From positions 74,523 to 138,522 of the forward strand of contig JADMIL010000002.1 of NCBI GenBank assembly GCA_015478645.1: a stretch of 64,000 nucleotides of DNA. The letters are read 5' to 3'. The stretch is from Candidatus Binataceae bacterium. GTDB taxonomy: Bacteria > Desulfobacterota > Binatia > Binatales > Binataceae. Positions 1-9,268 of this stretch are shown piece after piece. A program made the translations under genes and the position numbers. The notes under the pieces were generated by a model that worked only from the letters and a program-made list of their open reading frames with translations, did not search any database and had not been told where the DNA came from. Numbering within the stretch: the first letter of the stretch is position 1; each line of letters starts with the position of its first letter.

Positions 1-265
1 TCAGTGAACCCAATTTGGCAATTTGCCGCCGGCGCGCGATAGGCGTCCGATCACACCGAATTGCGGCCGAAGATCCGTTGCGCAAAAGGGAGACCCGAAA
101 AAGGGCGCGGCAAATCGGCGGGAAGAGGTGAACGTGGTGCAGGCGGCGCCGCGACGAAGAAACCCTCGTTCTCGCAACGATGAGGTTCCCCCCTTCCCGC
201 GCCGATTGGCGGCGGCCTTCGGATGGTCCAAAGTCAACCGATTATTATACGAGGATGATCGAACG

Positions 266-1542
266 ATGAGACCGTTGCCGGGAAGGAGGCGATACGCCTG
301 GATCGGGGCCGCTGTCATCGCCGCCACAGTGGCAACGGGATGGTGCATAGGCTCGGCCGCGATTTCCACCACGGCCTCCAAACGTCCCACTTGGGGTCAA
401 ATCTTGATTTTCGGCGACGACCACGTAGGGAGCCACCCTATCCGGTTTGTGGCCGAGTTGTTCGATCCGGCGTCGAACCGCTTCGCGCCTTCGCCGCCAG
501 TGATGAACGAGGGACGGACCCGGGCGACGGCAACCGTCATTACGTTGGGGCCGAACGCCGGCAAGATACTGGTCGCGGGCGGCTACAGCGAGAGCCCATT
601 CGCTTCGACGGAATTGTACGATCCAGCCACCGATACGTTCAGCCGAGGCCCGGACATGAGCGATGAGCGCAACTCCCATACCGCAACGGTGATTGCGTCG
701 GGGCCGGGGGCTGGCAGGATTCTGGTCGTCGGCGGCGATGTAGCGGACCTCTACGATCCGCTCGTCAACGCTTTTGTGCCCGGACCGGCGATGTACGCGG
801 GCCGTTGGGATCACACCGCGACGGTGGTTGCATCAGGGCCCAACGCCGGCAAGATTCTGATCGCCGGCGGCTGGAGAGTGGGCGTACGCAGTCTTGCTTC
901 GACGGAGCTCTACGATCCGCGCAACAACATTTTGTGCGGGGACCGACCATGAACGTCGTGAGGGAAAACCACACCGCGACGATTATTTCTGCGGGTCCGA
1001 ATGCCGGCAAAATTCTGATCGCCGGCGGCTGGGGTCCGTATAAGCATCATAAATTCGTGCCCCTCGCTTCGACCGAGCTTTACGATCCGTCTACCAACAC
1101 GTTCGCACCATCTCGCGCCACCGCGGCCATGAAAATCCCACGCGGATATCATACCGCGACGATTATCGCTTCAGGACCGAATGCCGGTAAAATTCTGATC
1201 GCGGGCGGCCAGCGGGGCATCAACGATGCGCTGTCCTCGACGGAGCTTTACGATCCCGCCACCAACACGTTCGCGCCCGGCCCAGCGATGCATTCGCGCC
1301 GCTCGCAGCATATCGCGATGACTATCGCTTCAGGACCGAGCGCCGGCAAGATACTGATCGCCGGCGGCTTCGTCAGCCAGAAATATGGCCAGCATACCGG
1401 CTATCGGCAACTGTGGCTGTCCACCACGGAGCTTTACGATCCGGCTACCAACACGTTCGCGCCCGGCCCCCTGATGCACGGGGTGCCCGGAACTGTAGTC
1501 GCCGTCCAATTGCCGCCCGCGCCGCCGTCCTCGCACCCGTGA
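266..1542 (+). pseudogene. Kelch/galactose-oxidase-type beta-propeller protein with N-terminal signal/TM segment, split by a 1-nt frameshift at about 930-933
   Basis: Six repeats of R-x-x-H-T-A-T-x4-GPNAGKILIAGG...ELYDP spread over ORFs 23..952 and 805..1542. Adding one T to the T run at 930-933 gives NIFVRGPTMNV and joins both into a ~425-aa protein. ATG at 266 follows GAGGA. Confidence 0.8.
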
Positions 1543-1581
1543 TTGAGCCGCGGCGGGTGCGGCGCGCGCCCGCCGCGACGA

Positions 1582-1833
1582 TTAGCTGGTGTGACGGCCG
1601 AAGATGCGCTGGGCAAAGACCTTGCGCACCAGCTCGCGGCGCACCGCACCGCGCGGCACGTCGTGGAAGCGGCGCCACAGGCAGCGCCCGCACAGCAGAT
1701 AGAAGGCGTCGGTCGGCTGATCGGGCCACGGCACGCTCCACACGCCCTCTTCATGGCCGCAGCGCGCGCACGGATCGATCGGCCGTTTGTCGCCGGCCCC
1801 GGGGGTGGTTGGTTCGATCAGTGCCATGGTCAT
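1582..1833 (-). CDS. small hypothetical protein with two CxxC motifs (putative Zn-binding)
   Basis: 83 aa containing CARC and CGRC; fills the otherwise empty gap downstream of thyX on the same strand. Confidence 0.45.
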   Translation of the reverse strand: MTMALIEPTTPGAGDKRPIDPCARCGHEEGVWSVPWPDQPTDAFYLLCGRCLWRRFHDVPRGAVRRELVRKVFAQRIFGRHTS

Positions 1834-1992
1834 GCGGGCCCGCTCAGGCAGCCCTTGATTGGTAGTCGCATACGGTTACCGGCCGCGCAAGGGCGGATTA
1901 GTGTATTTCCTCGCGCGCGCCGCTTGCGCCGATGCCCGTAGTTCGCTCCGATGCGCGCCGCGCCGCACGACTGCCACAGCGATAGGGCGCCG

Positions 1993-2820
1993 CTACAATT
2001 GCTCTTTCTCCTCGACCGCGCGAAACTCCTCGTCGCCGAGCGCGCGGGCCTTGCGGCTGCCGTAGCGATCGTACAATTCGAACAGCACCGACTTATGCGG
2101 ACGCACGCGGGCCAGCGGACATTTGCGCCATTCGTCGAGCGACTCGTCGCAATAGCCCATCCGGTTCTCGCCGCATTTGGGCTGCAGAAAGACGGCGATT
2201 TCGGGCAGCACCTTTTTGATTTCGGCGCGCATCAGCGCGACCATCCGGCGAATTTCCCATTGCGCGCGCACGCACAGGCGCAGGTCGCAGATGTGCAGCA
2301 TCTCGGCGAAATTCACCATCAGGTGGAAATTGGTCGGCGCCGCGTTGGGCAGCACGAAGCGCGCATCCTCGGCCGGGATTCCGGCTTTGAGCGCGCGCGC
2401 ATAGAGCTCGGACGTATGCGCGAGCAGTTCGCCAAACTCCGCGTCGAGTCCCGCGCGGCTCCACGATTCGGGCATCACGAAGGCCAGCTTGTCCTGCTTG
2501 AAACGCACGTAGCGCTGGCTCTGCTGCTCGAAGCTGATGCCCACGCGATGGCGCACCAGTTGATGCGACAGCGAGCGCGAGACGCCCGCGATGCCGAACC
2601 AGAAGACCACCTGTTCGAGCGGCGACGAATGGCCGGTCTTGAGCCGCTCGCCGATGAAGTCGCGAATCGTCTCGCGGCTGATCTTGCCGGCCTCGATTTT
2701 CTCCCAGGTCTCGGCCGGCGTGTCGGCGGAATAGCAGGTGCGAAAGGCGGCGTAGAGTTTCTCGATCGGCGCGCGCGCGTAATCGATCAGCTTCACCTGC
2801 ATCGTCGCCTGGTTGGTCAT
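1993..2820 (-). CDS. thyX: FAD-dependent thymidylate synthase
   Basis: GHSSPLE and the ThyX signature HQLVRHRVGISFEQQSQRY; AGGAG lies 8 nt before the ATG at 2820. Confidence 0.95.
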   Translation of the reverse strand: MTNQATMQVKLIDYARAPIEKLYAAFRTCYSADTPAETWEKIEAGKISRETIRDFIGERLKTGHSSPLEQVVFWFGIAGVSRSLSHQLVRHRVGISFEQQSQRYVRFKQDKLAFVMPESWSRAGLDAEFGELLAHTSELYARALKAGIPAEDARFVLPNAAPTNFHLMVNFAEMLHICDLRLCVRAQWEIRRMVALMRAEIKKVLPEIAVFLQPKCGENRMGYCDESLDEWRKCPLARVRPHKSVLFELYDRYGSRKARALGDEEFRAVEEKEQL

Positions 2821-2989
2821 CGCCGCCACTCCTCGCCCTCACCATAGCACCTGCGTGTCATGTCTGTTTTTTATCCTGAGGCGGACGGCCGACCAAGCAG
2901 TTGATGCGAGGGCTATCCACCCTGTGCACAGCCGCTCGTAATCGCCGCACCTCTGCGGCCGATTGCGCGGGGCGTGCGGGCGCTGCAAG

Positions 2990-4078
2990 ATGCCCTTCGC
3001 GATGCCATCGTCGGGGCGAAATTTCTACGCGCGCATCCTGCGGCCGCTGCTCTTCCGGCTCGATCCGGAAACCGCGCATCGATTGACGATCGCGGTCTTG
3101 AGCCTGATGCCGCCGTTGCCGCGCGCGGCCGACGCGTCGCAACTCGCGACCACGGTCTTTGGCGTGAGCTTCGCCAATCCGATCGGGCTGGCGGCGGGCG
3201 TCGACAAGGACGCACGCGCGATCGCCGGATGGAACGCGCTCGGCTTCGGCTTTGCCGAACTCGGCACGATCACGCCGCGACCGCAGCCGGGTAATCCGCG
3301 CCCGCGGATGTGGCGTCTGCCGGAGCATCGCGCGCTGATCAACCGGCTCGGCTTTCCCGGCCAGGGCATGGAGGTGGCGAGCGCGCGGCTCGTCAAGCTC
3401 GGCGGGCGGCGGCCGGCGATGCGCGTCGGGCTCAACTTCGGTCCCAACAAGGATACTCCCGCCGACCGGGTCGCCGCGGATTACGCGATGCTCGCGGGCC
3501 GGCTCGCGCCGCTGGCCGATTTCGTCGTCGTCAATCTCTCGTCGCCGAATACGCCGGGGCTGCGCGAATGGCAGGCGCCCGAGCGGATGCGCGCGGTGGT
3601 CGAGGCGGTGCGCGGCGCGGCCGCAGCGGGCGTGCCGCGCACGCCAATCCTGATCAAGATCGCGCCCGACCTCGAACCGCTCCATCTGCGCGAAATCTGC
3701 GCCGCCGCGAGTGATCTGGCGATCGACGGGATCGTCGCCACCAACACCACGCTCAAGCGCGGCGAGCTGGGCGTGCCATCGGCGCTGGCGGGTGGACTGA
3801 GCGGTGCGCCGATGCGCGCGCTGGCGCGCACAACGATCGCGCGGATCTATCACGATACGCACGGGCGTATCCCGATTATCGGGGTCGGCGGCGTCGCCAA
3901 TGCCGACGAAGCCTACGGCCATTTTTGCGCCGGCGCGAGCCTGGTCGAGTTCTACACCGCAATGGTCTACGGCGGGCCGGGGCTGGTGCGCGCGATCAAG
4001 CGCGGGCTGGTGGACTTGCTCGCACGCGACGGATTTCGCTCTATTAGCGAAGCGGTCGGCAGCGCCGCCGATCGCTAG
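2990..4078 (+). CDS. pyrD: quinone-dependent dihydroorotate dehydrogenase (class 2)
   Basis: LLFRLDPETAH, NPIGLAAGVDK, GTITPRPQPGNPRPR, NLSSPNTPGLR, TNTT, GGLSG, IIGVGG. Start is 2990 or 3002. Confidence 0.95.
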   Translation: MPFAMPSSGRNFYARILRPLLFRLDPETAHRLTIAVLSLMPPLPRAADASQLATTVFGVSFANPIGLAAGVDKDARAIAGWNALGFGFAELGTITPRPQPGNPRPRMWRLPEHRALINRLGFPGQGMEVASARLVKLGGRRPAMRVGLNFGPNKDTPADRVAADYAMLAGRLAPLADFVVVNLSSPNTPGLREWQAPERMRAVVEAVRGAAAAGVPRTPILIKIAPDLEPLHLREICAAASDLAIDGIVATNTTLKRGELGVPSALAGGLSGAPMRALARTTIARIYHDTHGRIPIIGVGGVANADEAYGHFCAGASLVEFYTAMVYGGPGLVRAIKRGLVDLLARDGFRSISEAVGSAADR

Positions 4079-4125
4079 ATTGCGCGCACACGCCGCGCGC
4101 ACAATTTGCCGGCGCCGGAGGCGAG

Positions 4126-4965
4126 ATGGATCGCGACACGCAGGCAGCGGAATTGCTGGTCGATGCGCAATGGCTCGGGGAGCATCGCGGCGACCCTGCG
4201 GTAATCCTGATCGACACGCGGGCGCCGGCCGACTACTGGGCCGGGCATCTGGCTGGCGCGCGCCATTTCGACCCCTTTCCGTTTCATCATAGCGACACCG
4301 GCGAGGCCGGTCTGCGCGAGTTTCGCGGCCAGCTCGAATGGATTTTTTCGGCGCTCGGCATCGTCCCCGGCGCGACCGCGGTGTTTTACGAAAACGACTC
4401 CGGGATGCGCGCGACGCGCGCCGCCTGGATGCTCGAATACGCCGGGCATCCGGGCGTGCGGATGCTCGACGGCGGCCTGCAATGCGCCGGTGGCGCGCAA
4501 CTGACGACCGCGGTGGTCGCGCACGCCTATGCGCAATTCAAGGCTGCGCCGCGCGAGGAGGCGATCGCGGGCTATCCGTATATCGTCGAGCGGCTGGGCC
4601 GGCCGGACGTGCAGATCTTCGACGTGCGCAGTGACGAGGAGTATTTCGGCGAGCGTATCCGCGCGCGGCGCGGCGGCGCGATCGCCGGCGCGATCCATCG
4701 CGACTGGACGCACAACCTGACGCCGGAGGGGCGCTTCAAGCCAGCCGCGCAACTGCGCGCCGAGTTCGTCGCGCTCGGGCTCGATCCGCAAAACGAGGTC
4801 GTGCCGTATTGCCAGGGCGGCTACCGATCGGCCAACGCCTGGGTTGCGCTGCGGCTCGCCGGCTACGCGCGGGTGCGCAATTACCTGGGATCGTGGGGCG
4901 AATGGGGTAATCGCGACGAGCTGCCGATCGACCATCCGGTGCGCCCCGGCACCACGCGCGCCTGA
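4126..4965 (+). CDS. tandem-domain rhodanese / thiosulfate or mercaptopyruvate sulfurtransferase
   Basis: Two rhodanese domains (IDTR...GHLAGA; FDVRSDEEY), active-site loop YCQGGYRS, C-terminal YLGSWGEW. Confidence 0.9.
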   Translation: MDRDTQAAELLVDAQWLGEHRGDPAVILIDTRAPADYWAGHLAGARHFDPFPFHHSDTGEAGLREFRGQLEWIFSALGIVPGATAVFYENDSGMRATRAAWMLEYAGHPGVRMLDGGLQCAGGAQLTTAVVAHAYAQFKAAPREEAIAGYPYIVERLGRPDVQIFDVRSDEEYFGERIRARRGGAIAGAIHRDWTHNLTPEGRFKPAAQLRAEFVALGLDPQNEVVPYCQGGYRSANAWVALRLAGYARVRNYLGSWGEWGNRDELPIDHPVRPGTTRA

Positions 4966-5579
4966 TGGAGCGGCGGATCCTGCTGACCGGCTTCGCGCCG
5001 TTCGGCGGCGCGCGCGTCAATCCGTCGTGGGAAGTCGCGCGGCGGTTCGACGGCCGCGAGTTCGGCGGCGCGACGGTCGCGGCGATACGCCTGCCGGTCG
5101 TATGCCGGCGCGCGTCGCGAATAGTCGCGGAGGCGATCACGGCGCTGCGTCCGGCGGCGGTGATCGGGCTCGGGCAGGCCGGCGGACGCCCGGCGCTCTC
5201 GATCGAAAAGGTCGCGATCAATCTGGCCGACGAGCGCGCGGCGCGCGAAAACGCCGGCGGCGTGCGGGTCAGACCGGTCACGGCCGGGGCACCCGACGCC
5301 TACTTCGCGCGGCTCCCGATCGACGCGATCGCGCTTGCGCTCAGGCGCCACGGGATTCCCGCCGAGCAGTCGCTGAGCGCCGGCATCTACGTCTGCAACA
5401 CGGTCATGTACACCGCGCTGCATACGCTGCGCCGGCGTCCGCGCGTGCCGTGCGGATTTATCCATCTGCCGTACACGGCGGCGCAGGCCGCGAGCCATCG
5501 CGCGGCGGCGAGCATGACGGTCGAGCTGATGGCGGCCGGCGTCGAAACGGCGCTGGGCGTGATCGCCCGCAAGATCTAG
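4965..5579 (+). CDS. pcp: pyroglutamyl-peptidase I (pyrrolidone-carboxylate peptidase)
   Basis: ILLTGFAPFGG...NPSW, catalytic Glu (IEKVAIN), Cys (YVCN) and His (FIHLP); start overlaps the rhodanese stop. Confidence 0.9.
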   Translation: MERRILLTGFAPFGGARVNPSWEVARRFDGREFGGATVAAIRLPVVCRRASRIVAEAITALRPAAVIGLGQAGGRPALSIEKVAINLADERAARENAGGVRVRPVTAGAPDAYFARLPIDAIALALRRHGIPAEQSLSAGIYVCNTVMYTALHTLRRRPRVPCGFIHLPYTAAQAASHRAAASMTVELMAAGVETALGVIARKI

Positions 5580-5803
5580 CGCGGCGTAATTCGCGCCGTC
5601 CGTCGCGCGCTCGTCAGCTTGCGCTTGGGCTGGACCAACTTCGCAGTCTCAAACCATTCCTTATCGAGGATCGGCGCCGCGTCCGGATCGGCTTTGGCGG
5701 CGTGCTCGATCTCACGATCATCAAGGGCGTCGACCTGCGCCCAATCGGTCTTGCCGCGCCGGCGGCTACTTGGGGTGCGCGTCACGATACGCTTTGCGCT
5801 CAC
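5576..5803 (-). pseudogene. BrnA-type antitoxin, C-terminally truncated
   Basis: KTDWAQVDALDDREIEHAAKADPDAAPILDKEWFETAKLVQP resembles BrnA N-termini. The expected ribbon-helix-helix end (LRLDADV...GYQTRIN type) is absent. Confidence 0.65.
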
Positions 5804-5903
5804 GGCTGTGTGCTCTCCTCGCCGAAATGATCCTGCGGCGCCCGCCGCGCATGGTATAGACCACCGCTAATTCACGGTCATCGACGGTTAATCGCATAAA
5901 CAT
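5766..5903 (-). pseudogene. BrnT-type toxin, C-terminal half only (45 aa)
   Basis: LAVVYTMRGGRRRIISARRAHSRERKAY is typical of BrnT/DUF497 C-termini; overlaps the antitoxin start by 38 nt; the N-terminal half is missing. Confidence 0.7.
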
Positions 5904-5962
5904 TGCGCCTCCCGCCGGGCGACCGCCGCCCACGCGAAACCGAACGCGTACGCGGCCGCCCC

Positions 5963-6934
5963 TTACTTGATCGCGACCGCGTTGGGCGGCGACGCAATGC
6001 CGCCGCGCAGATGCAGCGGCACCGAGACCATCATGAACTCGAAGCGTCCGTCGCCCGCGCAATCCGCCGCCAGCGGGTCGAGCACGAACTGCTCGCCCAG
6101 CGGCAGGCCGAGCAGCGAGAGCGTGCGGTAGTGCAGCGCGCCGTCGTGCTTGAAGTCCCACGGCCACGGCTCGACGGCCGGACAATCGGTGCCGATCGCG
6201 GCGACCCGGCTATCCCACAGCCATGCGACCATCTCGCGGCTGTCGTCGATCCCGCAGGCCTTGAGCTTGTCCATCGGCGCCATCGCGGCCTTGGCGGCGG
6301 CCGGCGCGGCCAGGTAGGCCTGCATCCAGCCGGTGCGCACCAGCAGGATCGAGCCGGGCTTGAGCGTGGTGCCTTGCGCCTTGAGCGCGGCTTGCAGGTC
6401 GGCCAGGCTGTAGCGTTCGTCGGTCAGCGGATTGACCGGGCGGCCCTGCTCGGCGCGATAGCGAAAGGCGTCGATCAGCACGCCGCGGCCGATGAAGCGA
6501 TCGGCCCAGTTGTGGATGCCGAGCTTGTTAGTCGATTTGATCGCGTCGTTCTTGACCCCGTTGTAATAGGACTGCGCGGCCAGATTGCCGACGTGGCCGA
6601 GGCCGTCCCACTGGCTCCCTTCCTGCGTGTTATAGCCGTTGAGCACGTCGTCGAAGCCGAGCAGGCCGTAGCTCTCGAAACTCTTCTTGATGTGATCGAC
6701 GGGCTGGCGCTCGAACAGCGGCGGGTTGGCGTAATTAATCGGCGTGTCGAGGCGAAAGACCTTGCCGCGGCTGACCAGTTTGGCGGCCTCGACGATCCCC
6801 TCGGGGGTCAGGAAGTTGACGCATCCGACCTCGTCGTCGTCGCCGAAGACGCCCCAGTTGGAATCGGCCGGGGCACCTTTTTTGATTGGAAGCTCGGAAA
6901 ATTTCGGAATTTTGTCGAAATCGATTTTCGCCAT
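5963..6934 (-). CDS. cyclase family (kynurenine formamidase-like) metal-dependent hydrolase
   Basis: NWGVFGDDDEVG, TQEGSQWDGLGH, ILLVRTGW, GTDCPAVE, GGIASPPNAVA; GGAGAG precedes ATG 6934. Confidence 0.85.
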   Translation of the reverse strand: MAKIDFDKIPKFSELPIKKGAPADSNWGVFGDDDEVGCVNFLTPEGIVEAAKLVSRGKVFRLDTPINYANPPLFERQPVDHIKKSFESYGLLGFDDVLNGYNTQEGSQWDGLGHVGNLAAQSYYNGVKNDAIKSTNKLGIHNWADRFIGRGVLIDAFRYRAEQGRPVNPLTDERYSLADLQAALKAQGTTLKPGSILLVRTGWMQAYLAAPAAAKAAMAPMDKLKACGIDDSREMVAWLWDSRVAAIGTDCPAVEPWPWDFKHDGALHYRTLSLLGLPLGEQFVLDPLAADCAGDGRFEFMMVSVPLHLRGGIASPPNAVAIK

Positions 6935-7161
6935 GATGATCTCTCCCGTAATGCCGCCGTGGAGTTTGCGCCGACCGGCACGCGTGAGCGACGCCGGTTG
7001 CGTATCGCGGCCAGCACGCCACGGGCGGGCGTCCGCTGTCAAGCACGCGCGGCGATTCTCAGTCGGCGCCAATCGTGTAAGATGGGTCGCGCGATTGGTT
7101 ATAACCGCTCGAAGCGGGAGATGGGGGGCGCCGTGCGTGATGCGGACGGCGACGGTAAGCA

Positions 7162-8325
7162 ATGCGAATAGCAGGGGTGTTGAAGCTGGTGCCGGCGCTC
7201 GCCGCGATCGCCGTGGGCGTGGTGCTGACCGGCGGGGCGTGTGGGCGATCGATCTTTCCGTCGGCCACCACTTCGGCGACCGCGACGCCGACCGGATCGC
7301 CGTCGCCGACCACCGGCCATTTCCTCTACACCTCGAATACTGCCGACGGCAAAGTGGCGGAGTTCAAGCGCAATCTCACGACCGGCGCGCTCACGCTCGC
7401 GGGTTCGGTCAGCGCGGGGTCCGTGAACGGGCCGATCGGCATCACGAACGGCCCCGGCGCACGTTTCATTTACGTGGCCAATGCCGCCGACAGCAACGTC
7501 CGTCAGTACAAGATCGATCTGAGCAACGGCCTGTTGGCCTCGATCGGCACTATTCCGGCCGGCAGCTCGCCGCAATGGATTGCGGTCAATCCTACGGCGA
7601 CCTTTGCCTTCACCACCAACTTCAGCGCCGGTACGATTTCGCCCTACACGATCGATTCGACCACCGGCGTGCTAACGGCTAACGGCAGTGCCTTTTTGTC
7701 ATCGCTGCTGACCAATCCGAGCGGCGCGGTGGCGACGGCCTCGTTCCTGTACGTGACCGATGAGGCGCAAGGGACGGTGGCCAATTTTCCGATCACCTCG
7801 ACGGGAACGCTATTGGCCGGTACACCGACGTTTCTGACCACTCTGGGCATCGGTTCTCCGAGCCCGGGGCCAATGATAATCGACCCGACAGGCCAGTTTG
7901 TTTACGCGGCGGACCTCAAACTTGGCGTGATCTACTTTCTGACGGTGGGAACCAATGGCGTGCTCAATTACAACAACACATATCAGTCGTCGAACGCCGC
8001 CGAGGGCGGGCTGGTGTTCGTGCCGACGACCGGCGCCACCTTCCTCTACGTGGCGAATCAGCAGGCGACACCCCCCTCGATCTCGGCCTTTCAGGTCCAG
8101 TCCGGGATTCTGACATTCTCGGCAACGTACACCGATCCGAGCCTGAAATTGCCGACGGGGCTGGCAGTCGATCCGACGGATACATTCCTCTACGTCACTA
8201 ATCAGGGCGCCGGCACCCTTACGCAATTCACGGTCACTGCGGGCACTGGCGTGCTGACCAAACCGGTGGTCTTCAAGACCGAAAGCCCGACCAGCGGGCC
8301 GCTCTATATCGCGATCGCGAACTGA
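7162..8325 (+). CDS. lactonase-family (PGL/YbhE-like) beta-propeller, probable lipoprotein
   Basis: Hydrophobic N-terminus ending GGAC; repeated FLYVAN/FAFTTN/FVYAAD blades with P-x-x-I/L-x-V-D/N-P-T. Confidence 0.75.
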   Translation: MRIAGVLKLVPALAAIAVGVVLTGGACGRSIFPSATTSATATPTGSPSPTTGHFLYTSNTADGKVAEFKRNLTTGALTLAGSVSAGSVNGPIGITNGPGARFIYVANAADSNVRQYKIDLSNGLLASIGTIPAGSSPQWIAVNPTATFAFTTNFSAGTISPYTIDSTTGVLTANGSAFLSSLLTNPSGAVATASFLYVTDEAQGTVANFPITSTGTLLAGTPTFLTTLGIGSPSPGPMIIDPTGQFVYAADLKLGVIYFLTVGTNGVLNYNNTYQSSNAAEGGLVFVPTTGATFLYVANQQATPPSISAFQVQSGILTFSATYTDPSLKLPTGLAVDPTDTFLYVTNQGAGTLTQFTVTAGTGVLTKPVVFKTESPTSGPLYIAIAN

Positions 8326-8332
8326 CGCCCGC

Positions 8333-9010
8333 CTATAAATTCTTGGGCTCGGGCGTGCCGCTCGCCGAGGCGCCCGGCGACGCGTCGCCGGCGCTCGGCG
8401 GATTAACCGGCGTCGCCGGTGACGGCGCCGGACTGGCCGGCGGCGCAGCTACGTAGGGGGTTGGCGTCGGCGTCGGCACCGAGACGGTCGGAATCGGCGA
8501 CGCTGCGACGGGCTGCGCGATCGGCGTCTCTTCCGCCGCGGGCGTCGCCATCAGCGCCGTGCCGACGCCGTAATCGTAGACCAGTTCGCCGCCCTTGTAG
8601 CCCTGAAAAAGCACCGCGATGAGACCGATCACGGCGACCATCAGGTAGATCGGCCGCGTGCCGGCCATGAAGTTGAAGAACTGTACGCCGAGCCGCCAGA
8701 GCGCGAGCCCGAGAAACACCCACGGTAGCCAGTCACCCAGTTCGGCGTGGGTTTTGAGCACATCCTTGGCCGGACCGGTAACCTGATTCCACATGCGGTC
8801 GGCTTCCCATCCGCCGGTCAGGTTCGAGCCCGCTGAGGCGATCGCCCCGAGCACCATCAGGCTGACCGCCATGTAGCGGATCCAGATGCGCGACGGGAGC
8901 AGGCTCCCCACCAGATCGACCAGCACGCCCACCACGATCAACGCCACGGTAAAGTGATCGATGATCGGATGAAGGTGCAAGGGCTGGAGCATGTTGGCGA
9001 TCGCTTGCAT
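8333..9010 (-). CDS. DUF2231-like membrane protein with Pro-rich tail
   Basis: HLHPIIDHFTVAL, HAELG and GYKGGELVYDYGVG; AGGAG precedes ATG 9010. Confidence 0.75.
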   Translation of the reverse strand: MQAIANMLQPLHLHPIIDHFTVALIVVGVLVDLVGSLLPSRIWIRYMAVSLMVLGAIASAGSNLTGGWEADRMWNQVTGPAKDVLKTHAELGDWLPWVFLGLALWRLGVQFFNFMAGTRPIYLMVAVIGLIAVLFQGYKGGELVYDYGVGTALMATPAAEETPIAQPVAASPIPTVSVPTPTPTPYVAAPPASPAPSPATPVNPPSAGDASPGASASGTPEPKNL

Positions 9011-9268
9011 GGGGACTCCTGATCTAACGGGAAAGCTGGGGGCGGACCGCCGCGGGAGACCGCCGTGGTGCGCCGCATGTTTATTGCAAAGCGCCTCAGC
9101 CCGTGCAAATCGCTCAACCGGGCGCGGCCGCGCGCCCATAATAGCGGAATCCGCCGCGCCTCGCGTATCGTCGCCGCCACGTTATTGCACACCGATCAGG
9201 CGCCAAGATCGCGCCGGTCGGCGCCATCGTCATCGCGTGCGCCGCGATCCCGCGCGAGGCCGCCCGCG

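Noticed and set aside
925-952. Programmed ribosomal frameshift in the Kelch gene
   Set aside because: Only a four-T run; I saw no X-XXY-YYZ slippery heptamer or obvious stimulatory structure.
7162-8325. Lactonase as the 6-phosphogluconolactonase partner of zwf
   Set aside because: It lies about 28 kb from zwf and has a lipoprotein-type signal, so it is probably extracytoplasmic.
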